Source of the DNA: an uncultured virus (IMG/VR IMGVR_UViG_3300025072_000003)
Taxonomy: Duplodnaviria > Heunggongvirae > Uroviricota > Caudoviricetes
Length of the DNA: 64,000 nt
Strand: one strand, 5' to 3'
Virus record (IMG/VR): IMGVR_UViG_3300025072_000003
The notes beneath the pieces are model-generated. The model saw nothing but the letters and a program-made list of their open reading frames with translations. It had not been told where the DNA came from and made no database searches. The translations under genes were made by a program, and so were the position numbers. Positions 30,127-40,553 of this stretch are shown here, piece by piece (positions within the stretch are counted from its first letter, which is position 1; the number at the start of each line of letters is the position of its first letter).

Positions 30127-30858
30127 CTAACTTTCGTCCCACCACCTTTTTATATTCGCAGTATGGTTGTCAAATTCCACTCCGTAAATCCTCCTAATGC
30201 TATCACCACCATCGGGATCTTCAAGGAAAACTACGCGAGTAACAAAATTGTCGCTCCACTCCCAACCACTAAATTCGGCAACACCTTCAACGCCCCAATC
30301 TTCAAAAGACTTATCGGCGGCTGAGCGTCGGCGTTCGTCCAATCCACTTAACTCTTCCTTAACTCCAGCCCATTCCAACAGTTCAAAATCACCATCGTCT
30401 ATGTGATTGACTAGAGATTGAAGCTCAACAATCTCGTCGTAACTAATTCGCTCGGCTTTAATCTCACCACGCAAATAGTCTAGCCTAGCTTTGATTTTGG
30501 CTTGACCACCGTATTGCTCGCCATCGGAAAGCTGACAATCAATAATCCTCTCCTCTAGCGATTCCTCACTGTAGAATACGTGGTCGCAATTATCGCAACC
30601 CTCTCCCTCACATACGTCCAAGGGAATATCTTGACCACAATCAGGACAATGACCACCAGGGTAGGAATCAATGATCGCCCTAGACCCACACGACTCTTGT
30701 TCAATGTTCAATTGAGATAATACGTCATTGTTCAACTCTTCGCTCAATATCTCCATCACACCAGGATAGGAGGTAATCTGCGCCACACTCATGCTAGATA
30801 GCACTGTAAGTAACGCTGCATCAAATTCCGCTTGACTGTAACTCATTTTACTCTCCAA
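30127..30858 (-). CDS. acidic hypothetical protein with Zn-ribbon
   Basis: CPDCG...CDNC; TAG flush with element. Confidence 0.8.
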   Translation of the reverse strand: MESKMSYSQAEFDAALLTVLSSMSVAQITSYPGVMEILSEELNNDVLSQLNIEQESCGSRAIIDSYPGGHCPDCGQDIPLDVCEGEGCDNCDHVFYSEESLEERIIDCQLSDGEQYGGQAKIKARLDYLRGEIKAERISYDEIVELQSLVNHIDDGDFELLEWAGVKEELSGLDERRRSAADKSFEDWGVEGVAEFSGWEWSDNFVTRVVFLEDPDGGDSIRRIYGVEFDNHTANIKRWWDES

Positions 30859-31043
30859 GGGTTATTTCTTCGTCCTCACAGCTAGGACATTCCGAATCTT
30901 CGGCGTCCATGAAAAATTCGCCATGCTTAGGGCAATTGCAAGTTCCAATGCCTTTGTCTGCCATTTGTTATCTCCAAGGGGTTATAACTTACTATTGACT
31001 GAGAATTAAACTTCTGACAAACAAAAGTAAAATTAAAACGCCC

Positions 31044-31691
31044 CTATGAGTGTTCGACCGTTTCTAAGCCAATGCTATCAAACGAAAATTGTAGAATCTC
31101 TTCCGCAATGTCTTGTACTTCATCGGTAGATAGCCCCTCAATAGAGGTGTGAAGCACTGGTTTATACAATACAGTTGTTCCACCATCGCCAACTGGGTAA
31201 AGATCATAGCCCCGAAAATGCAAATCGCCCTTATCCCCACCAATGGCACGATAACCACGATCATCCTCTTTGCGGGTCAATTCGTCATGGCGTGAACTGG
31301 CTAGACCATCCAACACAAGCATATCAGGAACAGGATAATCATACATCCCATTATCATCGGGTTTGATACGAATGGTATCCTTACAACGATCCTTTGCCAC
31401 TGTAGCGAAACAATTGAATATGGTACGTGTGACGCCCATAAGAGACTTGTTTCCACCAGACATAACATATCGGTCGCCAATTTTCATTAAGTGGGCAAAA
31501 CTGGCAATCTCTCTCCCTACCTCTTCGCAGGGCTTCTCATCGTCAATCAGGGATAGAAAACTACGAACCATATCGCAGGCTTTGTCCTGCATCTCGCCCT
31601 CTTCTCGATAGTCAGGGTCGTCAATAATGTTTTGCTCTGCCAACTCTGCTACCGTTTCTAGTGCTTCCTTCAAATCCATGTTTCTCTCCAC
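31044..31691 (-). CDS. hypothetical protein (cassette)
   Basis: 215 aa; GGAGA RBS near internal ATG. Confidence 0.8.
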   Translation of the reverse strand: MERNMDLKEALETVAELAEQNIIDDPDYREEGEMQDKACDMVRSFLSLIDDEKPCEEVGREIASFAHLMKIGDRYVMSGGNKSLMGVTRTIFNCFATVAKDRCKDTIRIKPDDNGMYDYPVPDMLVLDGLASSRHDELTRKEDDRGYRAIGGDKGDLHFRGYDLYPVGDGGTTVLYKPVLHTSIEGLSTDEVQDIAEEILQFSFDSIGLETVEHS

Positions 31692-31748
31692 AAGAGGGTT
31701 AGTTGATTACAATACGCTATTGACTGAGAATTATAATTCTGACAACTA

Positions 31749-31946
31749 TTATCCAGATACGACAAATTCGATCATCGTTCGCATATTCGGATTGGCGTGA
31801 TACTCACAGGCTTTCTTAGCTTGGCGAAGAGTCTTAGTCTCTTCAAGGCGAGAATACGTGTGGTAGCTGACGTACTTACCATCGCTTCGCTCAATAGCGT
31901 AAGAACCAGATTCCCAGATGTTCGCTGAAGTCTTTTTGAATCTCAT
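31749..31946 (-). CDS. small hypothetical protein (cassette)
   Basis: AGGA RBS; TLRQAKKACE. Confidence 0.7.
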   Translation of the reverse strand: MRFKKTSANIWESGSYAIERSDGKYVSYHTYSRLEETKTLRQAKKACEYHANPNMRTMIEFVVSG

Positions 31947-32010
31947 TGCGTTTCCTTAGAAATTAGAGGCGTTACAACCAGCTATTGACTGAGAATTATA
32001 ATTCTGACAA

Positions 32011-32319
32011 CTATTCCTCTATTTTCTCCCGATAGCAAACAGAATTCGCCTTCATCCAATGGCGAAACATCTCTTCTTTATTATCGCTGTTATCTAGTAT
32101 GTCTGTTATGTCTGCCCAACCCTGCCTTTCTGCCCTATAGATGCCAGCACGTAATATGCCGATAAACTTAGAACTACAGCCATACTCCACAACGGATACG
32201 GCGTCACCATTAGGGGCGCGAGACTCTAAGCCAATAACACCCTCTTCTGTACCCTGAAGGGTGATTAGACGCCAATCAGCATTGATTCGGTAAATCACAG
32301 TTAAATCGTCTTGTCTCAT
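32011..32319 (-). CDS. hypothetical protein (cassette)
   Basis: AGGAG RBS; TAG flush with element. Confidence 0.75.
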   Translation of the reverse strand: MRQDDLTVIYRINADWRLITLQGTEEGVIGLESRAPNGDAVSVVEYGCSSKFIGILRAGIYRAERQGWADITDILDNSDNKEEMFRHWMKANSVCYREKIEE

Positions 32320-32329
32320 AGGTTCTCCT

Positions 32330-33460
32330 TTTGTTTGACCTACAAGACAATAACGGGACTGGATAGCAATCGTCCGGTTTATTCTGAAAACTTTTCCTAT
32401 CGCGCCGTTTATCGCGCCGTTTCGGCGCGATACCTTATATTACCAATTGAATGACATTTACCGCGCCGATAAGGTACAATTTAGACTAACTGTTAAAATG
32501 GGCAAGCTATGGTACAATTTAGACTAATAACCAATTAGGTACAATTTAGACCAATAAACCAAAAAGGTCAGAAAGATAGACTGCACAAGGGGCGTTTTTT
32601 AATTAACCTATAGTTAATTAAAAATGTAGCAATTAGGTTGCCACCACCAATATCAGCCAATTCGATTCGGTACACCCTGACATTGACCGAGATACCAATT
32701 TCTGACAATAATTCTGAAAACTTTTCCGACTTCCTCAATCGAGGGGCGCAATTTTTTACCCCACCTTTATTTTTTTAATTATCACAATCTAAAACTTTTT
32801 AATTTCCACAAAACTTATCGCTTGGGTCGTATTTTTTATTTAATTTTCAATTAAATTAAAAACGCCCCAGCGTAACCTGAGCACAAACCAGTTCTTTAAT
32901 ATTAGAAGAATATACCAACGGGGCGCTTTTTTTAATTAAAACGGAAAACATTTCGGGTGTGGAACAAGAGAAAGAGCACAAAAACTTTTTTAATTAAAAA
33001 TAATGCTAAAGTTAAATTAAAACGCCCCGATATAGAAGGCATGGTAGGCGGTAAATGGTGAGGAAATGGACGAGAATCGCGCTTTGGTCGTTTTAATTTT
33101 ACCATAGTGGAGAATCACTGGGGATATACTTAGGATCGCTTCTACACACCTTTTTGGTCAATTCTATGGGTAGATTGGTGTTGTGTAGTGTGATTAGCAA
33201 CACATTTCCCCTCTTTATTTCGGAGCACAAAAGGTTTCACCTACTGGTGTTAATAAGGCTTCAAGTCCTATTAAGACCGTATTTATTCCTTCTCTTTCCC
33301 TTTGAATTAGCACACTGCTTCCCTGTGTTAATAAGGCTTTGTGTTGTCTTGTTGGATCACAAACGTCTATCACAAACTTGGTTGCACAGATTGAATATCA
33401 GGTTTGGTTGATTGAGCACATAGTTGTCTCGATATGGAGCACATCCTGTACAGCAGGAAG
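32330..33460. other. ~1.1 kb non-coding, repeat-rich region (candidate origin, terminus or control region)
   Basis: GGTACAATTTAGAC x3 (32473, 32511, 32538); TATCGCGCCGTTT x2; several GGGCG-Tn-AATT motifs in both orientations; AT-rich tracts. Confidence 0.55.
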
Positions 33461-33463
33461 AAA

Positions 33464-33874
33464 TTAAGATTGCTCTTTTTGCCTTGGACACCCATGAATA
33501 TTACCATATCTATTCAATTCAGTCATGTTACAGGTGTTGCTTGCCCTAGCCTGATCGCCGTTTTCACTTACTCGTTGCACTGTATGTATTAAAGGTCCAC
33601 GGCTGGTTATGTCAACCAAATAAGTAATGTGTTCACCAGTTAAATACAAACTCTTAAACGCATCCCTGTGCGTTATGTAATGACTTATCCACATATATGT
33701 TGTTTTGTCGTGCAGTATAGCTCTGTACTCTCTACTTGGAGGAATTTCTTTAATGGAATCGGGATTTATAAAAACTTGTACTTCTGGTCCTCCAATGCTA
33801 CCATCGGGCATTTTTAGTTGTATTTTTTCAACTCTAACTTCCTTCAATACTTTCCATTCTAGATAAGTTTTCAT
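33464..33874 (-). CDS. hypothetical protein, paralog of 52163..52513
   Basis: Shared EV...INP...LH...TY.W..H...H..AF..LYL.GE pattern. Confidence 0.75.
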   Translation of the reverse strand: MKTYLEWKVLKEVRVEKIQLKMPDGSIGGPEVQVFINPDSIKEIPPSREYRAILHDKTTYMWISHYITHRDAFKSLYLTGEHITYLVDITSRGPLIHTVQRVSENGDQARASNTCNMTELNRYGNIHGCPRQKEQS

Positions 33875-34141
33875 ACTTTATCTAGTATTGGGTCGTTTTA
33901 ATTTTACCAATCTTCGTTGAAGCAGTCTGCATACATGCTGTAAACTAGCTTGTAAACAATGAACAGCAATATTGCGACCATTATCACCATACTGGTAGCA
34001 ACAGTACAGGCGTGCATAAATGGGCTAATACTACAGACATACGACCATCCAACAATTCCCAATGCACTACCAATCAATGTAGCAGATGTAAGCATATGTG
34101 TTTTTAGATTCATTATTATTCTTTCTTTGGTTTATCCGTAA

Positions 34142-34372
34142 TCATCGCACTGATAATTCCACTTTACTTATTTCGGTTCTTATTCTTTGGCATCGTTTAC
34201 GTGAGCTAGTAGCGTTAAGGTTGCTATATCTTACTCCACCAAATTTATTGGTAACAGTCCAAATACTTTTGACACCATGCCCAATGTCAGCAAAGTATGA
34301 ATAGCCCACTTGACCTATGGATAGGTTTTTTGACTCATTTAGTTGATTGAGTAATTTTTCAGTAATCGTCAT
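34142..34372 (-). CDS. hypothetical protein
   Basis: Coupled to 34369..34653. Confidence 0.65.
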   Translation of the reverse strand: MTITEKLLNQLNESKNLSIGQVGYSYFADIGHGVKSIWTVTNKFGGVRYSNLNATSSRKRCQRIRTEISKVELSVR

Positions 34373-34653
34373 CGTACTTCCATTTGTTCTTTTGAGGTAG
34401 TAGGTTCCTCATTCTTACCATTTTCATCAACGGTATAGAGGTCTTCGATTGTATCGCAATGCTCGTAAGTGCGAAATCGACAGAACACGTCTCCTATTCC
34501 TCTCTCTTTATCGAAGAATACTCTATAGACGTGATCGTTGTTATCGTATTGAACTTCTCCAGGTTGTACTTCCCCATCAATATCGTAGTATTTGTACAAT
34601 TGACGAGTTAGATTCGCTGCTTGTCCCTCACTCAGTGGTTTATACACAATCAT
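34369..34653 (-). CDS. hypothetical protein
   Basis: AGGA RBS after element 34685. Confidence 0.7.
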   Translation of the reverse strand: MIVYKPLSEGQAANLTRQLYKYYDIDGEVQPGEVQYDNNDHVYRVFFDKERGIGDVFCRFRTYEHCDTIEDLYTVDENGKNEEPTTSKEQMEVR

Positions 34654-34769
34654 TGTTCTTTATCCTTTTGGTTATGATTGGTTGTTGACTGAGATTGGTT
34701 TATCTGACAGATATTTTTTTTATAATTTTCAGCCACAAAAGGTCTAGATAGTCTTAAAGGAGATTCCCC

Positions 34770-35021
34770 ATGAATGAAAACACCCTATACTTAGCTGGAC
34801 TGATTGATGAAGATGGCAAGCCTCTTGTCGAAAACTTCCGAAACACTGACCGTGACCCCCGGCAGCCAATAAGATCAGAGCGTGATCCAGAAGTAGAAGC
34901 TATGCCAATTCTACAATCTGTTCAAGCCGCCTTGCAAAGTGGTGAATTAAGCCAAGCTGGATTTAGCTACCTAATGAAAGGGTTGACTACTTTGAAACCA
35001 CAAATTCAGGGCAATATGTAA
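34770..35021 (+). CDS. counter-oriented hypothetical protein
   Basis: AAGGAG RBS; CTAGATA upstream. Confidence 0.7.
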   Translation: MNENTLYLAGLIDEDGKPLVENFRNTDRDPRQPIRSERDPEVEAMPILQSVQAALQSGELSQAGFSYLMKGLTTLKPQIQGNM

Positions 35022-35477
35022 ATTAGATTTTGGTGTGTTGGGTCGTATTTTTTTTATTTGAAGCGTCTTGTGGTGTCGTTATTGGTCGTTTAACCCATCT
35101 GTCTGACAGAGTTTGAATTTATCACCATATCAACACGTCCTACATTAACATGGAATGTATTTCCTCTCACTTTTTTCATATAATTTTCAGCCACAATTGC
35201 TGCTATACCATGTGCTTCATGTTTACTTTCTGCCCTTACCAAGATTGCGAGTGTTCTACTGACCTGTTTTGTATCCACTACAATTGCTACTGGATAGTTG
35301 TTCATTATGTTTCTTTCTTCGTTTGGGGGTTATTTTAGAGCATGTATTGAATTTTGGTGTGTTGGGTCGTATTTTTTATTTGAAGCGTCGTATGGGTCTT
35401 GTGGGGTCGTTTAATTTCACTTAAATAATCGTTTAGCAGCGAATAGGTCCAAAGCTCACTTTTGGGTGCATTTGGCT

Positions 35478-35762
35478 TTATGAGTCAATCCCTCTGAACG
35501 ACTCCCCTACCTCTGCTAAGTGGTCCATTCTTCTATACTTTTTCCATTCTTCAACGATTGTGCTTATTGGTGTGTCTGGTGCGTATCTCTTATAAGAATA
35601 ATTTTTGTTGTACCCTGTCGCACTAGTTGCATAGAAGGAATACAAAAACCAACATTTCATAGAGGAATAAGTATAAAAAGGACTGATATTTTTTTCATTG
35701 ACATAATTAGCTAAATGCCCTCCAATCAAATATTTATACTCTTCCACCATATGAAGATCCAT
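35478..35762 (-). CDS. aromatic-rich small protein, member of the 53.6-55.3 kb family
   Basis: W..Y...Y.YKRYAPD....IVEEWKKY, closely similar to 54321..54596. Confidence 0.7.
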   Translation of the reverse strand: MDLHMVEEYKYLIGGHLANYVNEKNISPFYTYSSMKCWFLYSFYATSATGYNKNYSYKRYAPDTPISTIVEEWKKYRRMDHLAEVGESFRGIDS

Positions 35763-36059
35763 TTATTTGGTCATAAATTTTATCTGACAGTCAATTGTCC
35801 ATTCATCGGATTCATCGTCAACCCGTTCAGCCAGATTTGATACTTGAAAGATCATTTTTTGTAGTCTTATAGTGCCTAGAATGAAACTTCCATCATCATC
35901 TAGTCTAAGATTTCGTATGACTCTCACAACTTCGGCACTTCCTGCGCTTCCAGCGTAATCGCTAGGCAATCCAGCGCCACATACTAGATCGAGTCTAAAT
36001 TTCATTGTATCGTCAAACGACACTGAGATTTTACGTTTAATTTTTGTTGGTAGGCTCAT
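35763..36059 (-). CDS. hypothetical protein
   Basis: ATG 9 nt from element 36069. Confidence 0.65.
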   Translation of the reverse strand: MSLPTKIKRKISVSFDDTMKFRLDLVCGAGLPSDYAGSAGSAEVVRVIRNLRLDDDGSFILGTIRLQKMIFQVSNLAERVDDESDEWTIDCQIKFMTK

Positions 36060-36293
36060 GTTAGGTTATTGCCTGAGAATTGGTTATCTGACAATTACTT
36101 CTTGTTTCTTTGCCGTTTTCGTTCATTATATGCGTCTGTTTCCTTTTGCCTACGCTCTTTGCCTTTGGAAACACATTTGCCCCAACTTAGACTTTTCTTC
36201 GCTTCCTTCTTTTTTCCGAATCCAAACACAGCTTTCCTTGATCTTTGGTTAAAATTGCTAGTCCGTATCTGCAATGTATGGGCGTTTTAATTT

Positions 36294-36752
36294 TTAGCTT
36301 GGCAGCACTTGAGGACACACTGGACCAGCGACAATTTCAAATCCTCCCGCTAGTCCAGCCACATCACACGCTTCCTGAAGTTCATCAACCATTTGCTTCC
36401 TTAGCACTTCGCAGATTGACCCTGCAAGTTTTCGATCTTCGACAATAGGGAGATCTTGATCTGCATATCGTTTGAATTTAACTACAATTTCGTATGTTCC
36501 GTCTCCACCAATTTCATTTTCATACTCGTCATAACGATCACGATTATGATGCAACGAATACTCTTCCTCTGTGAGAAGTATTGAAGGCGCATATTTGCCT
36601 GTTGGACGAAAACAATCTCCCATTGCTGGCGAGTATGAAATTTCTCCACACACGACTTTCCCTCTGTTATTCTTTAACCACTTTAGCTGATCGTCATCCC
36701 ATGCCATATCTTCATCAACATTGAATGTAACTTGCACTGTTTCTTTTGACAT
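36294..36752 (-). CDS. hypothetical protein
   Basis: AGGA RBS after element 36773. Confidence 0.75.
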   Translation of the reverse strand: MSKETVQVTFNVDEDMAWDDDQLKWLKNNRGKVVCGEISYSPAMGDCFRPTGKYAPSILLTEEEYSLHHNRDRYDEYENEIGGDGTYEIVVKFKRYADQDLPIVEDRKLAGSICEVLRKQMVDELQEACDVAGLAGGFEIVAGPVCPQVLPS

Positions 36753-37173
36753 TATAATTTCCTTTGGGGTTATTGACTGAGAATTGATTATCTGACAATT
36801 ATTTTACCAATGATCTGGCGCATCTCCGTTCACAATCAATCCGATCTTGCAAGCTACCCAATATAATACAACGGTAAGAAGTCCCACAAAAACTCCCCTC
36901 ATTGGATCATTGTACAAAACCCAATGAATCACTACGCTGCCTAATAACAAGCCAATGTAAAATCCAATCTTATTGAACATTTTTTATCCTTTTGATTAAT
37001 TATTGTCGAACAGCGACGACACAGACGACCATGCAAGCAAAAACAGAATCATAGCCATCACTATTAGTATGCCTAAAACATTAAAGCAGAAATTTTTAAT
37101 CTTTGAAATCATCGTAAGCACTCCATTGCTTAGTTAATTGTAGGTTGACCGAGAATTGATTATCTGACAATTA

Positions 37174-37650
37174 TTATGGCAATTCCACAACTAATTGTTT
37201 TGCGAATCGTTCGTGTTCCTCATTAGAATATGGCTTAGACGATTTCATATCATCGCCTTCCCAATTTGTGACACATGTATTCTTCGGCAGGCAGAAGTCT
37301 AGGCTACCATTATAACCTTCGCTTGCATTGGATGGTCGTGCCTGGATCGCTAAAACTTCGCCACTTGGGAACACTAAATGAACATCGCAATCATGGTCTG
37401 GAACGTCAACCGTTCTTTGCAGATAATCATAATCCTCATTCCCTGTGGTTTGAGGAAACTTTTCAAATGATCCATTTTTGAATCCGATGCACCCTTGAGT
37501 GTATTTTGCGATTTCCTTACCGTTATCGCACTCCCAAATCAAATCATCAGAACCAGTGATTCCATAGACTTCTGCCTCTGGGGACTCCAACAGCATGTGT
37601 GCAATTGCTTCTTCCTTAGTTGCATCATAAGTTTCTGATTTAATTTTCAT
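37174..37650 (-). CDS. acidic hypothetical protein
   Basis: AGGA RBS; stop 3 nt from element. Confidence 0.75.
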   Translation of the reverse strand: MKIKSETYDATKEEAIAHMLLESPEAEVYGITGSDDLIWECDNGKEIAKYTQGCIGFKNGSFEKFPQTTGNEDYDYLQRTVDVPDHDCDVHLVFPSGEVLAIQARPSNASEGYNGSLDFCLPKNTCVTNWEGDDMKSSKPYSNEEHERFAKQLVVELP

Positions 37651-37668
37651 TATTTGTTTCCTTGGTTA

Positions 37669-37884
37669 TTAGATTACTGGTGCGGCTGGTGCTGTTGGAG
37701 GCTTTCGTTCATATATTCTGCCAATGCTGTCAACATCATAATCGCATTCTGGACAATGGCAAAGAACAACATCGGTGCTGTCTCCCATAAACAGATCTTC
37801 AGTATGAGCAGTAAATTCACAGTTGCATGCGCACTTAAAATTGTGTTTAATTTTGTACTTCCCTGTTTTTACTATCTCGATCAT
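37669..37884 (-). CDS. small Zn-ribbon protein
   Basis: FKCACNCEF...CHCPEC. Confidence 0.7.
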   Translation of the reverse strand: MIEIVKTGKYKIKHNFKCACNCEFTAHTEDLFMGDSTDVVLCHCPECDYDVDSIGRIYERKPPTAPAAPVI

Positions 37885-38252
37885 TGATAAAGACCTTCCT
37901 CGATGCCTTGATTAAGGCTTTGGATAATTCGGTGCATTTTATCTCTTGCACCTGCTGGCGACCACTGCTTGATTAGCTCTGGGCAGTATGTCTCATATGT
38001 TTTTTCCAGCAATACGTCTCTCATTGTTCTTAACGCATCACTATGTCCTTGCTTGTAGTGCTTTCGCACCGTTGGTCCATCTTCACGAGAAAGGTATGGA
38101 CGATGATCATAGGTTGTGCGAATGATTTTCCACAACAAAGAAATTTGATCTGTCGTGAACAAATGCCCATAAACTTCAATGTCCTGCTTCACGCCAAAAA
38201 GAGGATCGGTTTTAGCGGCGCTTGGCATGATTGGTGGGATAGTGGTTGTCAT
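37881..38252 (-). CDS. hypothetical protein
   Basis: GGAGA RBS after element 38284. Confidence 0.75.
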   Translation of the reverse strand: MTTTIPPIMPSAAKTDPLFGVKQDIEVYGHLFTTDQISLLWKIIRTTYDHRPYLSREDGPTVRKHYKQGHSDALRTMRDVLLEKTYETYCPELIKQWSPAGARDKMHRIIQSLNQGIEEGLYQ

Positions 38253-38312
38253 TATTATTGTCTCCTGGGGTTATGATTGGTTGTTGACTGAGAATTGATT
38301 GTCTGACAATTA

Positions 38313-38804
38313 TTATCGTTTTATGTATTTCTTTTTATGATCCCATTTATCGACTGGTGGTTTCATTACAAGTCCCTCTCGCTTAGACTTATTGACAGGC
38401 AACGCAACATCCATTATTCGATACAAAGCTTTTTCGATAACATCAGCGAACCCTCTTGGATAGTTATCACACTGTCCTGCTTCATTGACTTCAAGCCAAA
38501 CATCTTGATCGTTATCATAATCTTTGAAGATTATGTGTTCGATCTTTATTTTTCCTTCGGCGTGTTGAGCACGCATTTCTGTCAACAGCACCTCAGACCC
38601 GACAGTTACTTCCCCATCAACTGGCTGCACTTCTTCGATGAATGTTTCCACTAAGCCATCTGGCATAGCATATCCATTAATTGGGTCGTAAATTAAAATA
38701 AATGTTTTCATTTCATTGTTACCTTTTGATTTCTCGCAATCTCTTTTGAAGCTTCCAATAGTCGTCATCGACTGATTCAAAGTCAAGCATTGCTCTGTAT
38801 TCAT
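38313..38804 (-). CDS. hypothetical protein
   Basis: True start probably the internal MKTFILIYDP. Confidence 0.65.
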   Translation of the reverse strand: MNTEQCLTLNQSMTTIGSFKRDCEKSKGNNEMKTFILIYDPINGYAMPDGLVETFIEEVQPVDGEVTVGSEVLLTEMRAQHAEGKIKIEHIIFKDYDNDQDVWLEVNEAGQCDNYPRGFADVIEKALYRIMDVALPVNKSKREGLVMKPPVDKWDHKKKYIKR

Positions 38805-39256
38805 GCGACCAAGTGCCAGTTCTAATTACGCTAGACAGTTCTCCAAACTCCGCCACCAATTTTTTTAGACTTTTAATTTCATCGTCTTTTGAACTGTTGT
38901 TAGGCAATTCGTTTTTTTCCTTGTTGGTAATGTTGAACCATGAGATTGAGTGATACGGATAATATCTTCCTAGATTGTCCGTCACTCCCATTTTCAACAA
39001 ACTCTCAACACAACCTAACGCATTTTTGCTATTTGGATTAATGTTTTTATATTGTACCTTAATTCTTTCTGAATCATTCATCCTGACAGTTACTTGAGTA
39101 ATCATAATAATTCCAAAACTCCTTCCCAAAGTCTCGCAACTCTAACTACAGCACGAGCGCTCATCAACAGTCCCTTATTGCTGTCGAATTCTTTGTCGGG
39201 AACGACTAACTGTTTTTCGTTACCGCTCTTGAAAAAAAGTTTTGCTTCATATCGCA

Positions 39257-39622
39257 TTACAATTCACCAATCAATTTTGCTGCTATGGCTTCATCACTGA
39301 CTGAGTTGGAAAATGTAATCTTGTGAAGTTTTCTTTGAGCCGCTTTATCTCTTACGTTGTGCCACAGATCTATCAGTGCTTGTTTTGAATCGCTAGAAAA
39401 ACTTTTGTACATTCCATCAACAGAAAGATGGATCGTTAAAGTTTCACCAAAACCATCAACCCATTCAGGACCAGTTGCATTCGTTACAAGTTCAAGTGCG
39501 ATGGTTTTGCCATTGCGATCTGCCTCTAACTTAAATTTCGTAAGAGGATAAGATTCAACTCTCTCTTCCTCTACCCACTCCAATCCTTCAAGCAATTCAA
39601 AAAACTTTTTTAATTGTGTCAT
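39257..39622 (-). CDS. hypothetical protein
   Basis: AGGA RBS after element 39653. Confidence 0.75.
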   Translation of the reverse strand: MTQLKKFFELLEGLEWVEEERVESYPLTKFKLEADRNGKTIALELVTNATGPEWVDGFGETLTIHLSVDGMYKSFSSDSKQALIDLWHNVRDKAAQRKLHKITFSNSVSDEAIAAKLIGEL

Positions 39623-40149
39623 GTTATTTCCTTTGTACTTTCTGATTGTATGTTGACTGAGAATGGATTATCTGACAATTATTATTCACATTTTGTCAGA
39701 GTGCGAGTTTTAAAAGTTTTCACCCACTCTGTTTTAAACCAGTTTAACCATGTGGGTTTCCACACTCCAATAAATGATTCTACAGCCAACACGTCACCAC
39801 AGTTAGGGCAATTAGCCTCATCAAGAGCAGAGTTGTAGTGCTTGCATTTATCGCAGCATAAAACAGTTTCAATTCTCAAAATCATTCCTCCTGGTCGTTT
39901 TAATTAGTGTGTCCCAAGTTAATTGCCTTACGTCCATGCCAATAGAGGTTAACGTATCTGGCACTTTCCCGCAGCATCGCGTAAGTTATGGTAGATTCCG
40001 CTTTTCATACACACCAAAAAAAAATTTAGCGACGTGCGACTTACCTCGACAGCCAAATCGTTCATATGATACGTTTAGCCTTTTGTCGATCCCATCTGTG
40101 CGGGAGTTCTTATGCTCTTTTCGCAACTGTCTTCCGCTAAATTAAAAGA

Positions 40150-40236
40150 CCCATTCCGAATTGGACTTGCACCAATATTTCTTGACCCAAGCCAAGTATC
40201 CTAATAGCTCATGGCGTTTAGATGAAGCGAAATAGG
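40150..40236 (-). ncRNA. degenerate tRNA-like element
   Basis: 9-bp closing stem CCTATTTCG/CGGAATGGG; T-arm-like ATTGG-TGCAAGT-CCAAT; anticodon-like arm CTTGG-CTTGGG-TCAAG (6-nt loop). Confidence 0.4.
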
Positions 40237-40289
40237 TTAATTCATTATGTTTGGCTATTGATCGAGAATTGATTATCTGACAACTATCT

Positions 40290-40553
40290 TCAAGCTATTA
40301 CTTCAAGTTCTTCTGCGATTGCAACCCAACGATTGTGATCTTCATTGAAATCTACATAAACTCTTTTTTCTAAAACTTTAACTACTTCCCCAACACAATC
40401 GTGTGTTATAGCCCCCCATCCAAACTCCGGTCTTACAACACTTTTCTTTACCCTAACAATACTTCCAACTACAACATCAATTGCAATCTCAACATCTGCG
40501 TAAGATTGCCATTCCAATAGACGTTCCATAGTTCTATCGCCAGTCATTGACAT
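40290..40553 (-). CDS. small protein with Mind bomb/HERC2/KEG-type SH3-like domain
   Basis: VGSIVRVKKSVVRPEFGWGAITHDCVGEV...VYVDF...W.....ELEV resembles the HERC2-like repeats of HERC2/KEG. Confidence 0.6.
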   Translation of the reverse strand: MSMTGDRTMERLLEWQSYADVEIAIDVVVGSIVRVKKSVVRPEFGWGAITHDCVGEVVKVLEKRVYVDFNEDHNRWVAIAEELEVIA

